From a virus (Duplodnaviria; Caudoviricetes), in the IMG/VR virus record IMGVR_UViG_3300020331_000002: a stretch of 64,000 nt of DNA. The stretch is one strand, 5' to 3'. The first letter of the stretch is position 1. Each line of letters opens with the position of its first letter. Positions 57,113-64,000 of the stretch are shown piece by piece. The position numbers and the translations under genes were made by a program. Under the pieces are notes generated by a model. The model searched no databases and was not told where the DNA came from. It saw only the letters and a program-made list of their open reading frames with translations.

Positions 57113-58321
57113 ATGAGCTGGGATCAGAAGTTACTAGATACTATACTAGAGAATTTCGGGCCACATAAAATTTCAAGAAAGGGTTTCAGGACTAGAAATT
57201 GCCCGATGTGTGTTACTAAAGGACACTCGCCTGACACCAAGAAACGTTTCGGTATGAAAGTCGATCATAAAGGCTTCGGCGGGTCATGCTTCAATTGCGG
57301 CTTTAAGTTCAAATACGAATACCACAAGAAACAGATGAGCAAGCCGCTCAAGTCATTTATGCGCCAACTCGGCGTTAAAAAGCAACTCATAGATGAGATT
57401 AAGTACGGGCTATTCGAGGATCTACATAGCGGTGTCATCTCTGATTTGATGCTTGAACCGGAGCCCGAAGAAACTGAAGTTCCGTTCGCTGAATTATTCA
57501 AAGACAAGAAGCCCAAACTCAACGAAGTTGCCCAAAGTCTTATAAAAGACGAGAAACAAATACGTCAGATACTTAGGACTAGGATAACAGATAATGTTAT
57601 GCCTGAGTTCAACGAGTTTAGTACCCGTTACGTGCAAATAACAAAGCGCTGGTCACGTGAGCATAGTTATCCTGGCGATGCAAAACCTATGAGTTATTAC
57701 CTTGATAGAGCTGAACTAGGACATCCTATTCCTGCTGATGTGAATGAGTGTTTGCTTTATATGTATGAACGTGACTTACTTGAGTTTGACGATATATGTT
57801 GGAGTTACGCTGTCACTAAAGAAGCAGGCAATCGTATAATACTTCCGTTTGAATTTGGCGGTAAACGGATCGGTTATACGGCGCGTGCAGTAAACGACCG
57901 TGCTGCTAAGATCAAAAAGTATCATTCAATGATGCCGGACGATGCGATATTCAATTACCACTTATTCCATAACAACTACAAACGAACGTTTGCGGTGTTG
58001 TATGAAGGTGTTATTGACGCGTATGTTATGCAAGGCATGGCATGTGGCGGAAGAAACATTAACGATGATCAGATATACATGATCAAAAATTTAGGCATGC
58101 CTGTAATTGTTGTGCCCGATAACGACAAAGACGGCGACGACTTGATTGACATAGCCATAAGGGAAGGCTGGTCAGTATCGTTTCCGCCATGGAAACATAA
58201 ATTTAAGGACGCGGCAGCCGCTGCTGCTAAGTACGGTAGGATTTATACAATCCAAAGTATACTAGCTAGCGTAGAGACTAATCCACTAACAATAAATCTA
58301 AAAAAGGATATGAATGTCTGA
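57113..58321 (+). CDS. gp61: DNA primase
   Basis: Zn-binding CPMC...CFNC, RIILPF, YTARA, Toprim YEGVIDA and VPDNDKDG. Confidence 0.9.
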   Translation: MSWDQKLLDTILENFGPHKISRKGFRTRNCPMCVTKGHSPDTKKRFGMKVDHKGFGGSCFNCGFKFKYEYHKKQMSKPLKSFMRQLGVKKQLIDEIKYGLFEDLHSGVISDLMLEPEPEETEVPFAELFKDKKPKLNEVAQSLIKDEKQIRQILRTRITDNVMPEFNEFSTRYVQITKRWSREHSYPGDAKPMSYYLDRAELGHPIPADVNECLLYMYERDLLEFDDICWSYAVTKEAGNRIILPFEFGGKRIGYTARAVNDRAAKIKKYHSMMPDDAIFNYHLFHNNYKRTFAVLYEGVIDAYVMQGMACGGRNINDDQIYMIKNLGMPVIVVPDNDKDGDDLIDIAIREGWSVSFPPWKHKFKDAAAAAAKYGRIYTIQSILASVETNPLTINLKKDMNV

Positions 58322-59714
58322 TTACATCCAAGAGTATACTCCGCAGGTCGAGGAGTTATTCATTCAATTTTTCTTAAGCGATCCTGAATTATTTGTGCGC
58401 TGTCGTAATGTGATTAAGCCTGATCACTATGCCTCTGAGACAAATAAAAAGACTGTCGATTTCATGGTAAAATATGCTGATGAATACAGTGCATTGCCTG
58501 ACTTGGATCAATTAAAAGCGGTGGTGGGCAAACAATTCAACGTAACAAAGGACCTGCAAGATGAGCACAAGGAATGGTTCCTTGATAATTACGAAAAGTT
58601 TGCTCGACACAAGGAAATCATCAAAGCTGTTCTTGATGCGCCGCGACTGATTGAAAAGAAAGAATACGGTAGCGTTGAGCAACTAGTTAAAGAAGCAGTT
58701 CAAGTAGGCCTCGTCAAAGACTTGGGTACTGATTACTTCGACGACCCGTTAGGGCGCTTGCAGCGCATGAAAGAGAAGAAACCTCTTGTGTCTACGGGAT
58801 ACCGAGATTTAGACCACGCGTTGTTCGGTGGCGTTGAAGTAGGTTCACTTAACATTTATGCAGGGCAGTCCGGGACTGGTAAGAGTATTTTCCTACAAAA
58901 CTCTGCAAGAAAGTCTGTCATGCGTGGCGAAAATGCGATGTACATATCACTGGAACTGTCAGAGGACTTGTGTGCGTTGCGTCTAGACGCTATGTTTGCG
59001 GGCCTAAGCACACAAAACGTGATGAGGGATAGTGAAGACGCCTCGACTCGTATTGCTATGTTTGCTAAAAAGTATGGCGGCTCACTACAGATAAAACGTT
59101 TTCCGTCCGGAACCACTGCTGCTGAGATTCGTGCTTACGTTAAAGAGTATCAGATCCAGACAGGTCGTAAAGTAAACAAACTGTGCGTTGACTACTTGGA
59201 CTTATGTTCGCCTTACCGTACCAAAGTAAATGCAAGTGATGTATTCACGAAAGACAAATATGTGTCGGAAGAGTTGCGTGACTTAGCTGCTGAATTAGAT
59301 GTTGTATTGGATACAGCCTCGCAGCTTAACCGTGACAGTCACGAAGCTGTTGACTTTGGGCACCAGCACATTGCAGGCGGCGTATCTAAAATCAACACAG
59401 CTGATAACGTGTTTGGAATTTACGTAACTAACACTATGAAAGAGAACGGTCGTTATCAGTTACAACTTTTAAAGACACGTTCTTCAAGTGGTGTAGGTAA
59501 GCGTATTGATTTAAAATACAATCCTGCTACTATGCAGATGGACGATCTCGAAGAAGGCGAACGCGGAAGTATTGAGACACAAACCAGTTCTATTCTAGAT
59601 TCTATAAATAAGAAAGGAACAATGGGCAAAGAGCCGCCCGCACCTACGCAAGATGCGTCTAGTACAGTTGACGCGTTCTCTAAAGTTAGGAATAGTTTGC
59701 GTAGAAGTGATTAA
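58314..59714 (+). CDS. gp41: Replicative DnaB-like helicase
   Basis: GQSGTGKS, YISLELSE, VDYLDL, ASQLNR and LKTR motifs. Confidence 0.95.
   Translation: MSDYIQEYTPQVEELFIQFFLSDPELFVRCRNVIKPDHYASETNKKTVDFMVKYADEYSALPDLDQLKAVVGKQFNVTKDLQDEHKEWFLDNYEKFARHKEIIKAVLDAPRLIEKKEYGSVEQLVKEAVQVGLVKDLGTDYFDDPLGRLQRMKEKKPLVSTGYRDLDHALFGGVEVGSLNIYAGQSGTGKSIFLQNSARKSVMRGENAMYISLELSEDLCALRLDAMFAGLSTQNVMRDSEDASTRIAMFAKKYGGSLQIKRFPSGTTAAEIRAYVKEYQIQTGRKVNKLCVDYLDLCSPYRTKVNASDVFTKDKYVSEELRDLAAELDVVLDTASQLNRDSHEAVDFGHQHIAGGVSKINTADNVFGIYVTNTMKENGRYQLQLLKTRSSSGVGKRIDLKYNPATMQMDDLEEGERGSIETQTSSILDSINKKGTMGKEPPAPTQDASSTVDAFSKVRNSLRRSD
59603..59610 (+). promoter_or_regulatory. Late promoter box TATAAATA inside the 3' end of gp41
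   Basis: Exact T4 consensus about 130 bp upstream of 59739. Confidence 0.45.
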
Positions 59715-59738
59715 CTCTAGGATAAAACAGGCAGGATA

Positions 59739-60032
59739 ATGAAAGTATCTGATTTAGATAATTATGATTCGATACCGGAGAGTCGTAAATCGCTGCAAGA
59801 TATTCTTGGGCAGTTTGCAGACATACCTGTAGATCATATGTCTGACGAGCACACTGAGCGCGGAATCAAGGTGCTCGAAGCCGCTCTGAATTTTTTCAAT
59901 TCACTAGAAGCTAACTACGGTGAAGAAGTTGCAGTAGTTGTGGAACGGAAATTCTGTAACGCAGTAAAAGCGAAAAATACTGACAAGTTTGAGCGTCAGT
60001 TAAAGGAATCGATAAATGGCCAGAAAAAGTAA
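59739..60032 (+). CDS. Hypothetical protein
   Basis: AGGA SD; RKSLQDIL motif. Confidence 0.75.
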   Translation: MKVSDLDNYDSIPESRKSLQDILGQFADIPVDHMSDEHTERGIKVLEAALNFFNSLEANYGEEVAVVVERKFCNAVKAKNTDKFERQLKESINGQKK

Positions 60033-60180
60033 AGTTTGGCTTAACCCGAACGGCTCAGCCGACAAGGAAACGGTAGACCCGAAAGCGGAAGCTGTCTACA
60101 ATAGTCTAAAAAGCACAGAGAAGACCGTTTTTGTAAAGGCATTACACGATGAAAAAAGAAAAAAACGCCTTGGCCGGTAA
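60016..60180 (+). CDS. 54-aa basic ORF missed by the ORF track
   Basis: SD AAGGA; MARKSKVWLNPNGSADKETVDPKAEAVYNSLKSTEKTVFVKALHDEKRKKRLGR*; bridges the gap to 60149. Confidence 0.55.
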   Translation: MARKSKVWLNPNGSADKETVDPKAEAVYNSLKSTEKTVFVKALHDEKRKKRLGR

Positions 60181-62218
60181 GTTTTTGCAGGTTTTAGAAC
60201 CACGTGATACGTCTATATCACGCAAAGCTGGCGAGATTATAGAACAGGCTGTTACTACTAACCTGCAGATGATTAACCAAGTTGCTGCGTCAAGCAACGT
60301 GTCTGTCAAAGATGTGGTGGACCTATGTGTGCAATTATCAGCACAGCCAGAGACTTCTGTCCTCTCAACTCTACGTTATGTATCGTCCTCGTACTTTCTT
60401 AGTAATGAAGCGAACCGAGCTTTCAAGTACGTTATAATGACGGGATTAGACTCAGACGTGATCCGAACACACGACGGCCAACTAGGATTCGGTGATCCCG
60501 ACCTTAACCCAGAACTGGTTCTATCACAACGCGACGAGTGTGCGTTTATTACTATGCTTTCGTTAGCAAATTACCCGTACAAACACGCATCCACCCCGCA
60601 GGTACAAGATTATTGGCAATTATTGTTAGGTGAAATACTTTCGCTTTACGGTAGTTCATTACTACCAACCGCGTATATGGTGTTATCCGAGGCAGTGGGC
60701 GTCGTGACTACTATGTTTGAATCCGCGCCACGTATATACCGTAGCATTATTCGACAAAGTACACTGAGTCCTGAATATAAACATTCACTGATTAATGAAC
60801 ACGCCGCGCCAGTTGAAAAGAAGCGCGGGATCACTCATATAGAAGATTTAGACGATACGTTGTTTTACAGAGCAATTAATGATTTGGAGCTCTGTGTTGT
60901 GACTGAGAAACTAGACGGCAGCAACCTGCGATTTGGCGTAGAAAACGGCCAAATGTATACTGTGTTCGGGAACCTGGATAAAGTTTATGCTGTTGATGAT
61001 CATCCCGAGAACTTCAGCAGCAATTATCGCATATTTGCCCACCGCGCATTGCTAGCTTGCGAAAGCGAGGTATCATTACTGGGCGACTTTGAGATAGAAG
61101 TAGAAGTACTTTACGACGAGATACCCAACGTAATCCGTTACGATGATGCTGTGAATGATATTGTGTTATTAAGACAGTTAAAAGGCGACCCGCATATAAT
61201 GCCTAAAGTAGTGGAGATATACGATTCAAACGGCATCACTAGCGTCGAACATGAATGTTTGGTTAGTAGAGACGGTACTACTGTGATAAAGGAAAAGCGA
61301 ACATCTAAAGTTATGTTTAGTGAAGTACCGCAAATGTCGCAGGAGTTCTTACAAGAGTCCTTAGCGAAAAGTGAAATAAGTACTGCAATCGAGCAATATA
61401 ACGCGATTCTAGGCGAGACAGATGCTGAGACGGGCATGACAGTAAGCGAAGTTGCGAACTTTAAATTGAACAGCAAACGCCCTGAAGATACTGATCAAGA
61501 TACTTGGAATTCTTTGAAGCAGAAAATCAAAGACTCGAGAAACCCGTGCCGTGATAAAATCAAAGAAGCAAAACAAAAAGTAAAGAATCATCTTCTGACT
61601 GCGCTTGTGCATTCTAGTACGAGTAAGTTCTCTGATAGGGAAGATAGCTGGATTGAAGGCATAGTAATTAAGCACCCTGACGGCTTCATGTTTAAGATAG
61701 TCGACAAATCCACATTCTTGGAAGCTAAGAACTTTATATGGCAAAAGCGAGAAGAGATCAAGTCTACTGTATTAAACAGCAAGAACGATTCGATAGTCGG
61801 TAAGACAATGTTAGAACTTGCCTATATACTAGGTGATACTCGTTATGCTACTATTTCGGCCAAACGTGTGATCCGTTCACAAGCAGAAACCTACGAAAAG
61901 TTCCTTAAACTTATCGAGGGTAGCCTTGACGTGGTTTACGTAAAAGAAAAGTTTGCAGACATCCTTACTCGTGCGCTTCGTAGTCATCAAATTATGCTTG
62001 GTGAGTACCTAAATACCTATAAGGATTTGTCGATAACCATTCCAAATGGCGTTGAGATTTCCTACGCTGACGACTGTATACATAGTCGCACTTTGGTCGC
62101 ATTCTGTGAAGCAAAACAAAAGCTTGAAGCCCTGTTACGTATTACTAAGGCAGCAAGTGAATCAGTTCAGCTTTATCGTGTGGTACTGGGCAACAGAATA
62201 GAAACCGCTTTTGGATAA
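60149..62218 (+). CDS. Multi-domain protein with an RNA-ligase-type covalent nucleotidyltransferase domain
   Basis: Motif I VTEKLDGSN, III IEVEVL, IV IEGIVIK and V FKIVDK. Confidence 0.75.
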   Translation: MKKEKNALAGKFLQVLEPRDTSISRKAGEIIEQAVTTNLQMINQVAASSNVSVKDVVDLCVQLSAQPETSVLSTLRYVSSSYFLSNEANRAFKYVIMTGLDSDVIRTHDGQLGFGDPDLNPELVLSQRDECAFITMLSLANYPYKHASTPQVQDYWQLLLGEILSLYGSSLLPTAYMVLSEAVGVVTTMFESAPRIYRSIIRQSTLSPEYKHSLINEHAAPVEKKRGITHIEDLDDTLFYRAINDLELCVVTEKLDGSNLRFGVENGQMYTVFGNLDKVYAVDDHPENFSSNYRIFAHRALLACESEVSLLGDFEIEVEVLYDEIPNVIRYDDAVNDIVLLRQLKGDPHIMPKVVEIYDSNGITSVEHECLVSRDGTTVIKEKRTSKVMFSEVPQMSQEFLQESLAKSEISTAIEQYNAILGETDAETGMTVSEVANFKLNSKRPEDTDQDTWNSLKQKIKDSRNPCRDKIKEAKQKVKNHLLTALVHSSTSKFSDREDSWIEGIVIKHPDGFMFKIVDKSTFLEAKNFIWQKREEIKSTVLNSKNDSIVGKTMLELAYILGDTRYATISAKRVIRSQAETYEKFLKLIEGSLDVVYVKEKFADILTRALRSHQIMLGEYLNTYKDLSITIPNGVEISYADDCIHSRTLVAFCEAKQKLEALLRITKAASESVQLYRVVLGNRIETAFG

Positions 62219-62223
62219 CTTCC

Positions 62224-62230
62224 TTAAATA
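62224..62230 (+). promoter_or_regulatory. Late promoter box TTAAATA
   Basis: Upstream of 62263. Confidence 0.5.
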
Positions 62231-62262
62231 AGGTATAAGAAACCTTATTTTCGGAGTTATAC

Positions 62263-62751
62263 ATGCCAATAAGAAATAGGAAATACAACCGAGCTAAACT
62301 GGCTGAGTTCAATCTAAACCTAGATATGGACTCAAAAGCCACCACTATGTACAATGACCCACAGAAACGCTTTCGTATCGTTAACCGTAACGAGAGACTT
62401 GTTGTTGAGGGAATGGGTGATTTTTCGACCATTCGTCGCCGTACCGGCCACGACATTGAATCGCTAATCAGTCAGGCTGAAAGTGACATAAAATCTGTAT
62501 CTGAAAAAACATACCGCCCAGGATCGGCTATTGTTACTGATAATAACCCTGATGCTGAGTACTTCGTTAAAGAGTACAACCTGGAATATCCGCAAGCCCG
62601 CGCACTTGTAGATGCGCTAGAAAACGACGATTATGACGACGAAATACTAACCCTTATACGATCGTTGCCCGGCAGTCGTGAGTTTGACCTCGACACGTTC
62701 ATAACTATTTTGAAATCTGAATTGCAGTCGTTCAGCGGTAATACAGATTAA
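62263..62751 (+). CDS. Hypothetical late protein
   Basis: GGAG SD; in operon with the NTase. Confidence 0.75.
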   Translation: MPIRNRKYNRAKLAEFNLNLDMDSKATTMYNDPQKRFRIVNRNERLVVEGMGDFSTIRRRTGHDIESLISQAESDIKSVSEKTYRPGSAIVTDNNPDAEYFVKEYNLEYPQARALVDALENDDYDDEILTLIRSLPGSREFDLDTFITILKSELQSFSGNTD

Positions 62752-62760
62752 GGAATACCT

Positions 62761-63669
62761 GTGTTTTTAGAAGATATTTCGGGATTAAAACAGTCGTACA
62801 GCGCTATGCTTCTAACTGAGGGCGGCAACGCCTTCAGTAACGTCGGCGCCATTCATATAAGTGAAATAGAACCTACTATTAACGGGTTGGCTCAAGTCCT
62901 TCAAATACCCGATCTAGGTTCACATGTGCTTGGATCAGTTGGCAAAAAAGAGTACAGTGGTGATGTCGATATTGCACTTAAGCCTAAAAACCCGGAAGAA
63001 CTAGGAAAGTTTATCGAAAGGCTAAAGAAAGTACTAGGTCAAGAAAACGTGCGTCAAGTAGGTGGCTTAATAACAACCGCGGTTAAGATCCAGGGCTACA
63101 ATCCTAAAAAGGACAAGAGGCAGCCCCGCACAGGATATGTGCAGGTGGACTTTATATTCGGTAACCCTGAATGGCTTAAACTTTATTTTCATTCGCCGTC
63201 TTCTAAGGATTCTAAATTGAAAGGAACACATCGCAACTTGGCGATAGCTAGTATAGCCGCGCATGTTGATCGTCAATCAAGTGACGAGATAGATAGCTAT
63301 GGCCGCCCGGTTAAGATTATCCGCTGGAAGTGGAGTCCTAAGGACGGGTTAGTGAAAGTAGAAAGAACCTCCCGTAAAAAGGCCACCGGCGGGGGGGTTA
63401 AAAAGCAGGATGACAAGGTTATTAGTGAACCTGTAACTGACGCCAAAGGGATTGCTGATGTTCTTTTCCAGGGCAAGGCAGATGCTAAGGTACTAGACAG
63501 TGCTGAGAGTCTTATCGCCGCGGTTAAAAAGTACTACACCGCAGATGCGGCCGAGTCGGTGTTTAGGACTATGGCTAGGAACTTTGACACCAAACCTGAT
63601 TTAGCAGGCGGTGACTTCGAATATCCGCCAGAGGTTGCGAAGTATATGGGGACAGGTAATGGCCGATAA
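62761..63669 (+). CDS. Pol-beta-superfamily nucleotidyltransferase
   Basis: LGSVGKKEYSGDVDIAL (hGS...DxD) and third Asp in VQVDFIF; propeptide-like LLTE-GGNAF. Confidence 0.8.
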   Translation: MFLEDISGLKQSYSAMLLTEGGNAFSNVGAIHISEIEPTINGLAQVLQIPDLGSHVLGSVGKKEYSGDVDIALKPKNPEELGKFIERLKKVLGQENVRQVGGLITTAVKIQGYNPKKDKRQPRTGYVQVDFIFGNPEWLKLYFHSPSSKDSKLKGTHRNLAIASIAAHVDRQSSDEIDSYGRPVKIIRWKWSPKDGLVKVERTSRKKATGGGVKKQDDKVISEPVTDAKGIADVLFQGKADAKVLDSAESLIAAVKKYYTADAAESVFRTMARNFDTKPDLAGGDFEYPPEVAKYMGTGNGR

Positions 63670-63730
63670 TTACACCAAGCAGTGGCCCTTCAACGAAACA
63701 AAAAGCGAGTCGTTAGTTTCTGAATTATCA

Positions 63731-63749
63731 GAAGCCCGCGGCTTCTTTT
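63731..63749 (+). terminator. Intrinsic terminator
   Basis: GAAGCC-CGC-GGCTTC-TTTT. Confidence 0.65.
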
Positions 63750-63777
63750 ACACGCTAACTGGATTGAATAAGTATAG

Positions 63778-64000
63778 TTATAAGACGTTGTGTGAGATGT
63801 TGTATTTGACACTGGTGTCTATGGCTATGCTTGTCCAAGAGCGCCAGAGCCACAAGGCAATCGCACAGTACGCTGACGAAGCACTTGTGTATAAAAACTT
63901 CAACAAAGCATACACCCGGTTGAACGACGTTGCTCTTATGTGTGCAACTGTACTGGGCAACAACCCCAAGTACAAGTACAATAACGAAACAACGAAACAT
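63778..64000 (-). CDS. 3' end of a probable hydrophobic/membrane protein running off the window
   Basis: The frame of the 63778-63981 ORF stays open to the window edge; hydrophobic; frame choice uncertain. Confidence 0.35.
   Translation of the reverse strand, partial: CFVVSLLYLYLGLLPSTVAHIRATSFNRVYALLKFLYTSASSAYCAIALWLWRSWTSIAIDTSVKYNISHNVL

Noticed and set aside
554-63276. Numerous overlapping opposite-strand or alternate-frame ORFs in the track (e.g. 6318-6626, 35190-35738, 45911-46522, 52518-53039)
   Set aside because: They are shadows of well-supported genes, with no SD or promoter, biased composition and no motifs.
1-64000. Genome-wide amber recoding (genetic code 15)
   Set aside because: Long core genes are intact under code 11, and TAG is used as a true stop at convergent overlaps. 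Only one SD-linked in-frame TAG was found.
63755-64000. 81-aa minus-strand ORF starting at the window edge
   Set aside because: The ATG at the edge is probably coincidental, and the alternative frame (ending 63778) looks more protein-like. It cannot be resolved without flanking sequence.
1-64000. Prophage or integrative element
   Set aside because: No integrase, repressor, att-like repeats or host genes; the content is that of a lytic jumbo phage.

Overview
This is a 64-kb segment of a large lytic T4-related (jumbo) myophage genome. It is about 95% coding, uses the standard genetic code, and shows no integrase, IS element, CRISPR array or rRNA. It carries the virion morphogenesis core: baseplate hub/tail chaperone, tape measure, portal, prohead protease, scaffold, major capsid, a 2012-aa repeat fibre, neck gp13/gp14, gp15, sheath, tube, gp4 and the terminases. 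It also carries a replication/recombination block: ligase, gp32, UvsX/Y/W, DHFR, clamp loader subunit, a miniature DnaE, primase and helicase. The combination of T4-like structural genes with a DnaE-type polymerase core resembles the RaK2/GAP32/Atu_ph07-like jumbo phages; this is recognition from memory, not a search result. Two promoter classes are visible: sigma70-type promoters before accessory genes, and a T4-late-like NTAAATA box before most virion genes. The most striking observation is an accessory block right after the capsid gene (about 9.8-11.3 kb). It encodes a compact 71-nt tRNA with a CUA (amber) anticodon. About 170 nt downstream, a 2OG-Fe(II) oxygenase gene has its only good ribosome-binding site leading into ATG-CGT-TAG, in frame with the rest of the gene, so this may be an amber-gated gene paired with its own suppressor tRNA. 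Other highlights are a probable -1 frameshift in the tail chaperone, a 30-aa membrane-peptide cassette bounded by repeated terminators, 14-bp tandem repeats in the ssb leader, a probably head-packaged RNA-ligase-like/Pol-beta nucleotidyltransferase pair, and a degenerate Hint-like protein. All protein calls rest on motif recognition by eye; no database searches were run.
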